From the NCBI GenBank assembly GCA_964016885.1, contig OZ024743.1, forward strand, positions 348,564,001-348,628,000: DNA of 64,000 nt, read 5' to 3'. This stretch comes from Eledone cirrhosa (lineage: Eukaryota). The translations under genes and the position numbers were made by a program. This document shows positions 42,280 through 56,923 of this stretch, piece after piece. How positions within the stretch are numbered: the first letter of the stretch is position 1; each line of letters starts with the position of its first letter. Under the pieces are notes generated by a model. That model searched no databases and was not told where the DNA came from. It saw only the letters and a list, made by a program, of their open reading frames with translations.

Positions 42280-42554
42280 GGATGGTAGCGAAGATGCTTC
42301 CATAGGCGGTATGCCGGTTGAGCACTCTATGTTGTTACAGAGCAGTGTATGATATAATATAAACGAAAGTGGAAGAATATGCTCCGAAATCATTAGACGT
42401 GTTCGTCGAACCTGCGGGTCCAGAATCAGACAGATCCACACAATGATCTCGTCACGAGCTGTCCGCCGGCGAAACAATTGTAACACACAATAAATTGAGT
42501 TCAGATGCATCACTGATTTTTCGTTTTATATTATATACATATATATATATATCA

Positions 42555-43235
42555 GACTATGTTCAGTCCTGGTGTACGGGGCCTGTGATCCGTGATGTAA
42601 AAGGACACCAAGGTCTGTAACATGTCGGGAAGAGTGAGCTGGGGAACGGAATTGACGGGTGACGGGAGTATCCATATCTAGTCGTATGTCCCTCAAATGT
42701 TCAGCAAAACGGTCTGCTAAATCGACTCCCGTTTGTCCGATGTATAAGGATCCGCAAAGGGAACATAGGAGGGCATAGACAACGTGGTTGCAGGCAGATA
42801 CGCATTGAACCGTTGGTGCCTGTTAAAGTGGTGAGGTTCGTAATGAAAGGGCAGATGTTACAGTGAGGGCGAGAAAAAAGATGATATCCGGGTGGAATCG
42901 TAGGAGAGGACGAGAAGTAACTGCGTACCAGCTGGTCGCAGAGATTACGGGCGTGCTTAAATGCGGTGATAGGTGGGTTAGGAAAAAAGAGAGAGTGCAG
43001 AAGGAACGGAGAATATGTTGCCCGAGAGGTAGGGTGGTAGGAGAGGGAACGGAAGGTTGGTGGTGTGGTGTTAGGTGAGGGAAATGAAGGCGGGTGTGTG
43101 TGTGGGGGGGGGGGGTGCTGGTGGGGTGACAGTATTGTATTAGAGTACATTTCACGGGAGCGAGTCAGAGCAGCTTGGATCAGGGTGGAGGGATACCCAC
43201 TCTGGATGAAGCGGGAGGCCATGTAAAGGGAATGG
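42555..43235 (-). mobile_element. PLE fragment (RT thumb and GIY-YIG region)
   Basis: MASRFIQSGYP..PPITAFKHARNLCDQLVRS..RPHCNICPFI; in another frame CGSLYIGQTGSRFSRPF..EHLRD. Confidence 0.8.
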
Positions 43236-43296
43236 CTCAGCATGAACACTTTTCCAAGAGATGACCACATGAATCGACATGTTATGTTTCTCTAAC

Positions 43297-44050
43297 ATCT
43301 TTTTTTCCGATTTCGTCCAGCCCTTCACTTCAATCATTCTAATTTCTCATTCTTTCTACTGATGAAGAACTAGCGTCCGAAAGGTTACGACCCTCTTCAT
43401 GCTATTTCAAGCGTTAAACTAATATATTCATCCCATATTCTGTACAGTTTGTGTTGTTATTTCTGTTATCATTTTACACACACACGCGCACACACACACT
43501 CACACATATATATATACACACAGAAACACATGTATATGTACACACTCACACACACACACATATATATATACATGAGCATATATACAATGAATAGGTACAG
43601 ATTTCATGCGAAATGTTTCCTAGAGTGAGACTAATTTTTTTTTTCTTTGCCACTAGATTTTTAGCAGCAAAAATTATAGAAACTGTAAATATCATATTAC
43701 AACGAATGTAATTTAATGGGAAATAATTTCAATATCGCCCACGAAGTTCATATCGTACACATGGACATAGACACATAAAAACCCATATATATATATAGTA
43801 TATATAAACATGAGTGTGTGCGTGCGTTTATGCGCGTGCGTGTGTGTGTGTGTAAAAGGTAAACAGAAATAATAAAGCAAATGCTATAGTTTAATGAAGA
43901 AATATAATTTTTTGACGATTGGAATAATTGAAAAAGAGTCTTAACGTTTCGAATATTAGTTCTTCATCAGTAACTAGAATAAGACATAAAGATGAAATAG
44001 AAAGATAAAGATCAAAACAGGAAGAAACAGCGGAAATTGAAAGACAAAAT
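43297..44050. repeat. Inverted pair of pseudo-LTR family A, both with HHR cores
   Basis: Plus strand CTGATGA(43359)..GAAA(43379)GGTTA; minus strand CTGATGA(43970-43964)..GAAACGTTA. Confidence 0.78.
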
Positions 44051-44094
44051 AATACGTGGATCTTCAGTCAGCTATTATATTTATATATATGGTG

Positions 44095-44648
44095 GTGGTG
44101 GTTTGGCAGTATCGGTAGAGAGTCGGACGCCATGCTTTCCAGCATAGTTACGTCCCTATACGGTCCTAGTTCAAATCCCGCCGAGGTTTACTTTGCCTTT
44201 CATCATTACGGGGTCGATAAAATAAAATACTAGTAATGCACTGGGTAATTGCTGGCCTTGTGCCTAAAGTAGAAACAATTATATATATATATATGGTGTG
44301 ATGTTAACATGTATATTAGATTTGAGACCACTATGTGTCGGTGATACCCACATGCAGTGTGTTCGCTTCATATACATATTTACACACTATACACACGATC
44401 TTGTACATAGTATGTTGTAATACATGAAACCAGACATCGCATTTCTGATATAACATGTAAAATTGTTTCTACGTTTGGCACAAGGCCAGCAATTATCCCA
44501 GTGCATTACTGGTACCTTATTTTATCGACCCCGTACGGATGAAAGGAAAAGTTAACCTCGACGGGATTTGAACTCAGACCATAAAGGACCGTAATTCTTT
44601 GCGGCAAAGCATGGCATCCGACCCTCTACCGATACTGCCAATCCACCA
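44095..44648. mobile_element. Tail-to-tail inverted pair of main-family SINEs
   Basis: Plus copy 44095-44282 and minus copy 44461-44648. Confidence 0.9.
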
Positions 44649-44778
44649 ATAAGGTATAGATGACATTTGCGACTACAAACAGATCACCAACTCCATAATT
44701 TCGAGATTGAACCACTTTTCATATCCAGTGATGCTTCTATCAAACTAACAAATTACAACACAATCATATATCTAATAA

Positions 44779-44810
<32 letters not shown>

Positions 44811-44944
44811 ATATCTATCTATCTCTCTATCTATATATCTATATATCTATCTATGTATATATATATTGAAACAGTAAAAAAACAAAAACAAGGAGTGCAG
44901 TTACGAACAGTGTTGGTATTAGGTACACGCTTAAGAGTTGGGGT

Positions 44945-45011
<67 letters not shown>

Positions 45012-45106
45012 GTTTCTATACACACGAGCACACACACACACGCACACACACACACATACGCACACACACAGACTCACGCACACATACTTACATACACATA
45101 TATATG

Positions 45107-45169
<63 letters not shown>

Positions 45170-45283
45170 GGAAAGTTATATTTAAATTGTTGGGTTAACA
45201 ACGAGTAAATATTTATAACTGATATAAAAGCACTCAACAAGTATTTAGAGTATATTTATGATATTAAATAAATGGAAACTATT

Positions 45284-45314
<31 letters not shown>

Positions 45315-45772
45315 CGATATATGTGTATGTATATATATATATATATATCGATATATGTGTATGTATAAATATATATATGGTGGCTGCCAACTCGTTTTCG
45401 AGTACGGCCACTACTTTATATCCATGTAAGAGAACCCTTACCGATGCGTTGAACAATTGTGACCTTTTAGTCCAGCCAGCGACTTGATAACTCTGGTACA
45501 AACACTACACTTGTGACAATTACTGACACATAGTGCTGGGCCCATGGTACCATGTGATGACAAGTGCAGAGAGATCTCCAGATATAAAGCAATGCCTGTG
45601 CCGTGAAGCTTTTATAGTGAATAAAGGCACTGCACAAAGCCAGTCCCACTCTCTTAACCAAGATGATATTTACCAAAAAGAAGAACAAGTCAACATCATT
45701 GGATACCATCAGGGTTGCATTGGATACCATCAGGGTTTGTATATGTGTATATATATACATACACATATATCG

Positions 45773-45991
<219 letters not shown>

Positions 45992-45994
45992 TAT

Positions 45995-46037
<43 letters not shown>

Positions 46038-46297
46038 TCGATGTATATATATATATATATATATACATATATATATGTGTATGTAAGTATGTGTGCGTGA
46101 GTCTGTGTGTGTATAGAAAAATAGAGATGAAGTAAGAAACAGATCTTATACAAAACAGGAAAACAAATGTGAGAAACGAGTAGCATGCTTAAGTTCATTT
46201 GTTTCATGAATACATGTATATCATAATTCTTATAGATATATCGGTACCATACACATATTACAAATACAATACAAAGAATCACGTACTCACGTATTTA

Positions 46298-46342
<45 letters not shown>

Positions 46343-46477
46343 GGGCTGGGGGGTGATGTGTTTATGTGTGTGTATGTGTGTATGCGTCTGTGTGTGTTTA
46401 TACAATACGAGAATTGAATATGTATATTCACCCATATCACATATACACACATACAGGAAAATACATGTATGTATATA

Positions 46478-46629
<152 letters not shown>

Positions 46630-47814
46630 CGTATGTATGCATGTATGTATGTGCCAGTGTGTGTGTTTGAGTGTATGTAATTATAAATTTATATATCTAT
46701 GTGTGTATCTGTACACATGCAGAACGTACGCGAATATATAAGGAAAATATAATGAAACTAAAAAAAATATGTATATATAATAATGACGAGGAAATATGTT
46801 AACCAGAAATTAAATATTACATCCCTGCCGCTTAAGTCAACGATTTTTTTTCTGGAATTTTACCTTACTCTGCTAGCAATTACCAATTCTCACGACGCAA
46901 TAATATTTAACAATAGCGTAAACAAAACAAGAAAATTATTACAAAACCTGGCAAGTATTTGTGATTATAGAATATTTAGTTATTTTGTCATGCCATCTGA
47001 TATTTCTCAAATTATGACAAGAAAAATTTATGAAAGGAAAATATTTCACTTGGTTTTGAATTATGTGTGGTTTTGTTTTATTCCCTTTTTTTGTTTTCAT
47101 GTCGATAAAGTTTTTATTTTTGTATAATATATATATTTTATGTGTTTTATTAGCTTTGTTAATCGTTTAGTTTTAGTATTCTTTTTATTTATTGTTTTAT
47201 ATTTATTCGACTTTTTTGCATCTTTATCTTGTAGGATCGTGTTATAGATTTTTTTTTAAATTAGAGAAGAAAAATAACTATAACAACAACGACAAATGGA
47301 GAACAGGGATAATAAAAATAAAAACAATATGAGAACTTAGTTACATATTGCAATTTAATTGAAAGTAAATTTGAATCAAATATCTACCCACATGCCTGCT
47401 GACTTCAACAAAATGTCTGTGTACCACATATATATATATAGGTTGGGGTACGCCGAAACTCATATATTAACACATATTTATGTATGGATATGTACCTAGA
47501 TATTACATACATACGAACATACATACACACACACACACACACACCAAACACACACACTGTCACATATATATACTTTCCTACAGATGTACATGCATACACT
47601 TTATGTGCCTGAAAATATGTGCGATTATGCATAATTATAACCGCTTCTACGTATGTATTTTGTATACTCATATATCGTATGTTATTAATCTTTCATGTCA
47701 TAACTGCATATCGGTCTGTATTATATACATGTATTCCTTCCTATTTGTGTACACACACACTCACACATACACACATGCACACAAACACAGACATATGTGT
47801 GTGTATAAATATAT

Positions 47815-47937
<123 letters not shown>

Positions 47938-48250
47938 CATCTTATCTTCGCAGTTATCTGTGACATTTAAAAGCCATAAACAAGAAGAAACACTTTAAAC
48001 GTGAGAAGATACACGCCCATGAAATAACATATTTTCTCAGGGATCCGTCAAAATTATCGCATATATTTTATCCTATGCATACACATTTGTAAACATCTAT
48101 TTGAACAGACACACACATACCCGTTTAGGCATGCATAAATGTATGCAATTATGTATTTATATTTGCAATTATCAGGAAATAATTTTAAATCAGTTACTTG
48201 TTACACACACCTACTAACACACAGGCACTTATATATATATATGTATGTAT

Positions 48251-48343
<93 letters not shown>

Positions 48344-48398
48344 GGAGAGAGAGAAAGTTACTCACACGCAGGCGAACACACACACACTCACACACACG

Positions 48399-48480
<82 letters not shown>

Positions 48481-49171
48481 TGTATATGTATGTATGTATG
48501 TATACGTATGTATTTTCATATGTAGATACGTATTTCATAACCTATATTGCATGTTAGAGTAGATGTACATCTTATTACAAGTAGCAAATTTATAGGAAAT
48601 ATATGCTGAAATATGCTCAAGAAGTCTTAAAAGTGTAGCTTAAAGTGCAATTATTCAGATGGCAACGCTGAACCGATGTCGATATATGCAAATATCTATT
48701 TTCCTGTATGCGGGTGAATGATAAATTCTATATATAATAACTTTATACTCACAGAAGTAAGGAAGCCTTAGAAATTTAAAGTATTTTACTTTCAATATCG
48801 CTGCATCTGTCCTAATCGTAGAGAACATTGGCAAATATTTATATTATGAGTTTTTATATAAGTACCAATTTAATTCTTTCGTACACATATCTCCTTCAGT
48901 TTCTGTATGTATGATCTGGCTTCATTTATTTCTTCTCTGTCACAGAAATAAGTTTCTTTCTACTTAATTGAGACAACGTGGACTACATAGTCATTTTACC
49001 TATGCCTGGAAGTATGTTTAACTGTCTATATGTATGTATATATGTGTTATCTTTGTAAGCATATGTACGTGCGTGTATGTAGGTATGTATGTGTATGTAT
49101 GTATGTGTGTGTATGTGTGTATATATGTGTGTATGTATATACGCATGAGTGAATATATGTGTGTACATTCG

Positions 49172-49254
<83 letters not shown>

Positions 49255-49668
49255 TGAAGTATTCATGTAAATACGTGAATGCGTGCATCGTTATATTTTG
49301 ATTGATATATGTATACATACACATGCATGTTCCTATTTCAATACGTATATATATATGTACTTACTACAGTCTGGACGTCATGCATATTTTGCTCATTTTT
49401 AATTTTATTAATGATATGTAGCGGCATTTTTAAAATCATTCATGTCATTTCCGTCTTTTGCGAAACCCAGCTCCTCATGATTGGTACTGAAGTAAGGTGT
49501 TACATAAAAAGAAACTCTCAGAATAAAAACAGGGGGCATTTATAATCTATAATAGTTGTCTAGCATCTGCTAATGGTTTCGTCTACATGCTTCCTAACGC
49601 CTGTTCTCACAATGATTTCTGATCTGTTATGCATATATTTTACAGAGCTTTTGCTAACATTCAGCCAG

Positions 49669-49841
49669 ATCGGTAGAGGGTCGGACGCCATGCTTTGACG
49701 CATAGATTAACGGCCCTGCCATTCTGAGTTCAAATCCCGCCGAGGTTAACTTTGCGTTTCATCCTTACGGGGTCGATAAAATAAATTACCAGTAATGCAC
49801 TGGGTAATTGCTGGCCTTGTGCCAAAAGTAGAAACAATTAT
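49669..49841 (+). mobile_element. Main-family SINE
   Basis: Matches the family consensus. Confidence 0.88.
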
Positions 49842-50299
49842 TTCATATTATGGATAAATACCCCATCCACATTACTTTATCATTTTAGCAACAAGAGAGA
49901 TTTGATTATCTTTTCAAAAAGTTTCTTATGAAGTGTGTCGCTTGTTTTGTGATAATTGCAGAGGCAGCATAGATCGTTTCATCCCGCCGATTTGTTTAAC
50001 CCAGTATTACTTTTGTGCGTCATATATTTGACTAAACTCCAATTGACCAATCAATTTTGAGGTTTGATTGGCGTTGGACATTCATTGATTTAGACTCAGA
50101 AATATGTGCAATATAAATTGCCGTTCGAAATATATTTTGATTTTCAAATAAAGATGAGAAAATTCTACCATAAGAACATGTAGTTTTGTTGCAAAAGCAA
50201 AGACTTACAAAGATCTTAATACCGTTGTAATCTATGTGCGTGTTTAAATATCAAAATGTCTTTGTAATGGATCACCAGCCCTCCAAGATGCATACTTTA

Positions 50300-50648
50300 C
50301 ATACATATATCGCTATTTCAGAGCACCAATCCTAATACCTAAATTTTGCTGGAACAGCAATCGCTCTGTATAATCAGCTCCTGATTATTACTGGAATTCT
50401 ATAAGAATCCAGCTTCTATAATTCTTCGGCGGAAGCAGGGGTGTGTGTCGCTCTGACGAACGCCAACCAGCGTGAAACAGACTGTCAGCTTCTCTCTCTT
50501 CTTTCGCCAAAAAGAAGTAAGTGACATAGTCACTACTTTAAAACTGATAGCGTATGGTCTTCTAAATAATGTTAATTAAACATACGGTATATTGCCAAAT
50601 ATACTATACATACATTCATGTATACATCGCTATTTTAGAGCACCAATC

Positions 50649-50652
<4 letters not shown>
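50300..50652 (+). mobile_element. Retrozyme-like element, copy 2 (period ~317)
   Basis: CGCTATTT..GAGCACCAATCCTAAT at 50311 and 50628; homologous to 9993-10445 but with permuted ends. Confidence 0.82.
50450..50490 (+). ncRNA. Hammerhead ribozyme, intact core
   Basis: GCT-CTGACGA-ACGC-CAACCA-GCGT-GAAA-CAGACTG-TC-AGC; cleavage predicted after GUC at 50486. Confidence 0.9.
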
Positions 50653-50693
<41 letters not shown>

Positions 50694-50697
<4 letters not shown>

Positions 50698-50866
50698 AGA
50701 AATGTTAGCTATCGCCGTATTTTGACTAAAGAAATTAAAGAAATTATTTAGCCTGATAGTGGGGTTAAGAACCCTCGGAGAAATGGAAAAAGATTAGTAT
50801 TGACTTACATGGGAGCCTAACCCACATCTTTGGTTATCCGGACCACTGTGCTACCATTTACACCAA
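50694..50866 (-). mobile_element. tRNA-headed short repeat; its body recurs as the palindrome at 52415-52605
   Basis: Minus strand TGGTGTAAATGGTAGCAC...GTGGGTTAGGCTCCCA, a tRNA-like head. Confidence 0.55.
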
Positions 50867-50954
50867 CACATCACCCTTCTTTTTCCATTCAAATTAGCTT
50901 CTAATTTGAATAGAGATGTCTGTAACGATTCGCATATATTATTATACTAGGAGT

Positions 50955-51110
50955 TGGAGGTCATGCTTTCTAGCATAGTTACGTCCTATTAAGGTCTGAG
51001 TTCAAATCCCGTCGAGCTTAACTTTGCCTTTCATCCTTACGTGGTCGATAAAATAAAGTAATAGTAATGTACAGGGTAATTGCTAGCCTTGTGCCAAACG
51101 TAATAACAAT
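50955..51110 (+). mobile_element. Main-family SINE inserted at a Helitron terminus, 17-bp TSD
   Basis: TSD ATTATTATACTAGGAGT at 50938-50954 and 51109-51125. Confidence 0.88.
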
Positions 51111-51116
51111 TATTAT

Positions 51117-51765
51117 ACTAGGAGTGGTACTGGCGTTGCAAGGGATGAGGTATTTGGGAACGCGGGCCGCAAACGGACCTAATCCTGGAAAAACTTCATG
51201 CCTGGACAATATGTGAGGAAAATAAACCGAATACTCTGATGGCTGGATAATCTTTAATATTTTCCTCGATGAAGCAGGAAAAGTGCAGGTTATCATATAA
51301 TGCGGGCCCTAGGGGATCAAGAAAATGAACTTTTTTTATATGCATAATAAGCCTTGAAATTTCGGGGAAATCGGCTAGACGTAACGCCTCAAAAAAGCCC
51401 TAAAAAGCTGAAAAAATGAAGTTCTTCACCTAATGAAGTTCTTCACCTAGGCCATAAATAAGTTGGATTTTCTTTGCTCACGGTATGAAGAAGAGCCTGA
51501 CTAATACATAGTTACAATTTCAAGGAAATCAGTCTGACGTAACGCCTTAGAAAAAACCTGAAACCTGAAAAAAACGTAGTTTTTCATCAAATGCGGGCCC
51601 TAGTGACGCAAAAAGTTGAATTTTCTTATGTGCATAGCACTCCCTGAAACAAAAGTAATACACATGTAAAGTTTGTAAGTGATATGTTGGGTACTTCTAG
51701 AGTTTTAGTGATTCAAACTCACAGACTCACACACAGACAGACATCCCCAGTTTTATATATATAGA
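51117..51765 (-). mobile_element. Non-autonomous Helitron
   Basis: Plus strand ACTAG...ACAGACAGAC..TTTTATATATATAGA, i.e. minus-strand 5' TC and 3' CTAG. Confidence 0.72.
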
Positions 51766-51860
51766 TTAACACTCTCTTTAGCTCTACAACTCGTTACAGC
51801 CGCGATACTAGGCATCGAGTGCTCAATCGGGTAAACCTACTGAAACTGCATTTCACACTC

Positions 51861-51988
<128 letters not shown>

Positions 51989-52006
51989 TATTTATGTATA
52001 TGTATG

Positions 52007-52090
<84 letters not shown>

Positions 52091-52093
<3 letters not shown>

Positions 52094-52410
52094 TGTTATA
52101 CTTTGGGAGGGTCGTGTTGCCAATAAGAAACACACGTACCAGAAGTTTTCACTTCAATTTATTATAATAAATTTATAAATTTAGGAATTTATAAATTTCC
52201 GGTTCGTTGGTTGGTTCCATAACCAGATGGTTGTTTATATATTGTTTAACCGGAAATTTATAAATTCCTATATTTATAAATTTATTATAATAAATTGAAG
52301 TGAAAGCAACTGGTTCGTGTGTTTCTTATTGGCAACATGACCCTCCCAAAGTATAACAATATCGGTTTCAATACACGTTTTCAGATAAAGAATCTTGCTA
52401 AACAAATTCA
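52091..52410. repeat. Inverted repeat of the GACCCTCCCAAAGTATAACAAT family; also at ~7140, 14010, 15550-15672, 42045
   Basis: Arms 52091-52202 and 52250-52362. The extension 52360-52410 is the inverse of 15558-15610. Confidence 0.8.
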
Positions 52411-53026
52411 TTATGTTTTTTGACTAAAGAAATTTTAGTCTGCTAATGGGGTTTAGAACCCGCAGATAAATGGAAAAATATGTGTATTGACGTATATGTA
52501 CGTCAATACTCACCTTTTTCCATTTATCTGAGGGTTCTAAACCCCATTATCAGACTAAAATTTGTTTAGTGAAAAAATACGGTGAAACCTATACTATTTT
52601 CTAATTTCATATATATATATAATATATATACACGTATATATATAAATATAGGTGTACAAGTGCAAGTAAATTGAGTCCGTAGGTGGTATGCCGGATGAGC
52701 ACTCGATCTTCGTGCAGAGCAGAGTATAATAGTACTTAGAATTCAGGAAAAAAGAGTGATCGTTGCATCATAACATATTTAATAACATGTTACATATGTT
52801 TCACTGTCGATCAGCCCGATTCACTGTCGATCAGCCCGAGGAACGATATATTATGGATCGAATTTGACTCTGGATTCGAAAGATCCTTAGATATGCCTCA
52901 GTATGTAATTTCGTCTCCGAAACATGTAATATGTTATTAAATAGGTTATGATGCAACAAGGATTCTTTGTTCCTTTATTCTTATTCTATATATAAATATA
53001 TACATTTATATATTTATATCTATATC

Positions 53027-53139
<113 letters not shown>

Positions 53140-53602
53140 CTAGGGCGAGTAAAATTCCCGAGATCAATGGATGAGTTCTCTCCAGCGGTCTCTGTCCCTC
53201 ATTATCGCTGCCATGGCCTGCGGCTCCAACAGACCAGTGTCTGTTCTTAGGGCATCAACATACGTTAAAGTTGGTCTTCTTCTTCCAGTGTGTCCATGTA
53301 GGGGCTCCCACAGGAGCACTGAGTGCAATGTCAACTCTGGATGTCGGTGAGCATGTCCATCTAACCTCAGTCTCCTCTGTGAGGTGACTTTTGGGAGGCT
53401 CCCATACAGCTCTGAGTATGTAGGCGGGAAGCCGGTAGAATTTGTTGTGGACTTCCTGTATTTGGGAGCAAGGATTGGGAATACGGAAGATGATGTGGTT
53501 GAGAGGAAGAGCAAAGCCTGGGCGGCGTGCCACAGCTTGAGATCGCTGTGGAAGTCGGACCTTCGTAAAGACTCTTCATTGCTGTAGTGGAGTCTGTGCT
53601 GT

Positions 53603-53605
<3 letters not shown>
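53140..53605. mobile_element. RTE-clade LINE fragment with an internal inversion
   Basis: Minus 53164-53425: ELYGSLP..RRLRLDGHAHRH..RRRPTLTYVD..RDRWR. Plus 53420-53605: FLYLGARI..KAWAACHSLRSLWKS..ESVLLY. Confidence 0.85.
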
Positions 53606-53653
<48 letters not shown>

Positions 53654-53663
53654 GTCACACACT

Positions 53664-53834
<171 letters not shown>

Positions 53835-54120
53835 ATGTATGTATGTGTGTATTCCCCTAATCGCTCACTCCACCTGTGGCAGACCGTGCATTGAAATGAA
53901 ATATTCTTCTCCACAAAGTTCGAAGACCAACAGCAGAGTTTAAAGAGTAAACGTCAAGGTCAGTACATAAGTTGAAATTATCAAGCCAAGCCCTCCAAAC
54001 TGTCAACACTCTCTTCTCTTACCGGCTAACTTTTCTGCTCTGCATATCTTACTCACGCCACGAGTGGATCTTTTCAAATGACCATACAGTTCAAGTAATC
54101 TTGACTTGATAACTGATGTG

Positions 54121-54179
54121 TTTGGTTTAAGTTCAGCAATAGGCACTCTGCCTGTACCTGTAGTTACACACCTAATTAA

Positions 54180-54275
<96 letters not shown>

Positions 54276-54470
54276 GAGTCATATATATATATATATATAT
54301 ACTATTTTTAGATGTATGTGTGTGTGGCTCTGTGTGTGTGTGCGTGCATGTGTGTGTGTGTGTGTGTGTGTGCGTGTGTGTGTGTGGGTGTGTGTGTGTG
54401 AGTGTGTGTGTGTTAATTAGGTGTGTAACTACAGGTACAGGCGAAGCGCACATTGCTGAACTTAAACCAA
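54121..54470. repeat. Inverted duplication across (CA)n/(TG)n, at the end of a minus-strand RTE-like fragment (~53970-54180)
   Basis: TTTGGTTTAAGTTCAGCAAT..GTTACACACCTAATTAAC mirrored at 54411-54470; RLLELYGHLKR motif. Confidence 0.8.
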
Positions 54471-55383
54471 ATATATATATATATATATATATATATTAGG
54501 TGTGTAACTACAGTTAGAGGCGGCGTGCCGTTCGAAGATTCTGTGAGGAGGTCCGGATCGTGTTGTATGTTATTCAATAGTTAAAACGTCTGTAGTGTAA
54601 TGAGTGGAAATAATGTACGTAGAAGCAAAGTCAGTGCTGCTTGATATGTACAAAACCCTTTGACATTTTAAAATTGTTTCGATATCGATCAACTCAGGCC
54701 ACAATCAAAATAACGGGGTCCGACTTTTCCTCGGCATGTCCTCAGATATTCGAGTTAATATCTGTGTTTGCACAGACAAAGTTGCATATCCGAGGAGGTG
54801 CTGAAGAAGAGTTGGAACACGTCATTTTGTTTGTAGCCTGAGCTGTTCGATAGTATTGTAATATGCCAATAAATTGTGTACATATGATGCCACTCTGACT
54901 TCCATTCTACTTAATCTCTCTGTCTCTCTTTTCTCTCTCTCTTTCTCTCTCTCTGTATATACCCCGGAAAAAAAACCGCAGTTGATAAATGTGAATCCGA
55001 AATATATAGGGACTATTAAATCTCTCCCAAGGTAACTCTCTATCTCTTGTGTTGTTATTATTATTTTTACCCTTTCACTCTTCCCTTCATTCTACACATC
55101 TCACACACCTATACACACCACGCATCTCAACGTACACCCACTTACATATCTCTCTCTCTCCTACACCGGACCCTGTTACCCGGAGATTTACCCATTTGCA
55201 TTGTCGAGGCTTCCAAACGACTTATAAATATTTACTTATTGTTCCACAATGCTTCAAGCAAACTTCAATACTCTCTTATATGTATATATATTTATATATG
55301 CGTGCGTTTTGTATATACATACATATGTATGTCTAAAGATGTATTATGTCTTCACCATGCTTATTACATTATCATTTGAATTA

Positions 55384-55716
55384 AGGCATTTGCATGAGCG
55401 TCGGAACAATTGCTTTGCGGTATCTGTTCCCGTTGTGTTCTAATTTCAAATCCGTCTGAGTTCCACTTTGTTTTACATATTTATGGCATTGATAAAATAA
55501 TGAACCAGTCATGTACTGTTTTTACTTTCATCAACATTTTCCTCCCCTAAATAGCCTGCTTAAATAGAAATTATTATTAAGATTTCTATTTCTTTTGTGG
55601 TATTTTTATCATTATGCCGAGGTTGACTTTGCCTTTCATCCTTACGGGGTCGATAAAATAAAGTACCAGTAATGCACTGGGTAATTGCTGCCTTGTTCCA
55701 AAAGTAGAAACAATTA
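55384..55716 (+). mobile_element. Two main-family SINE copies (one diverged, one 3' half)
   Basis: 55384-55578 diverged; 55615-55716 close to consensus. Confidence 0.75.
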
Positions 55717-56756
55717 TCTTTGTGTTTGTTATTGTCACCTTAAATCAGGAATCCTAAGACTGAAGACTGTTCAGCTTTGACCATTTCATCTATTTTTCTG
55801 AAACAGTGTATCCAGGAAACCATAGGCTAATGCGTTCTTTTCAAAAAATGCTTTCGGATTTGATTTTAGGTTATTTGCAATTTATAACAGGTCGAGCTCG
55901 CGTGCAATGATTTTTTAATTGGCCTGTGATTTTATGTTCTTTTTTATCGTCATTTCGGTAAATGTTCTTTACTTCAGATTTATCCCTGATATAGTACAAC
56001 CTATACTCGAAGGAGCTTCCATAAGTGGACATCACGTTTTTTTATATCCAAGTATATCATATCCAACGTGCCGTTTCATTTTTTAAGATGAAATATGGCT
56101 GGTATTTCTAGCATCTTACGCATCTATATGAGGCTGCCACTTTGACTTGCCATTGTTGTGTTAGATGTTATTGCTGTTATTATTTTAATTTCCGATAATA
56201 CACGACGGGGTGAGCTTAAGAAGACTTATGAAAATTATAATCATCTCTGGGCTCAACAAAATCATAACTGTCGTGAAATTGTGGAAATTCTATCTTCTGG
56301 ATTGGATGGTTTTAATTACATTTTATAAAATAATTCTTCACGGTTATTGTTGTTTTTGGTGTATTGGTTTTACTGTTTTTCGTTGTTGTTATTTTTGTTT
56401 TAATTGTTGTTATTGTTCGGGCTGTTGACTGCTAATTGTTATTATGTTGTTTTTTCCCTCTGTTTTTAAAATATATTCTTTTTCGCCGTTGTTATTACAT
56501 CTTGTTGTTGCAACGGTTGCTTATGTTTTTGTTGTTATTGTTGATATTTTAGTAGATGGCTGTGCTGATTGATAACCATATTGTTCGTAATTGTCATCCT
56601 ATTGTCATTGCTGTTCCTGTCATAACTACACAAACAATAACTTAGCATAGATACTGTTATTCTTTTGGGCTTCGTAGTGTTTGTTGATGTTGTTGGTATT
56701 GTGGATGATTATAATGCGATGATATTTATGAGATAGTTATATCGCTCATGTTGATC

Positions 56757-56923
56757 TGGCATTGGTTGGACGCCATGCTTTCTAGCATAGTTACGTCCCT
56801 TTACGGTTTGAGTTCAAATCCCGTCGAGGTTAACTTTGCCTTTCATCCTTACGGGGTCGATAAAATAAAGTACCATAGTGTACTGGGTAATTGCTTGCCT
56901 TGTGCCAAAAGTAGAAACAGTTA
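56757..56923 (+). mobile_element. Main-family SINE
   Basis: Matches the family consensus. Confidence 0.88.

Noticed and set aside
50800-50866. Functional tRNA gene
   Set aside because: Degenerate T-arm and attached to a repeat body; SINE-like head.
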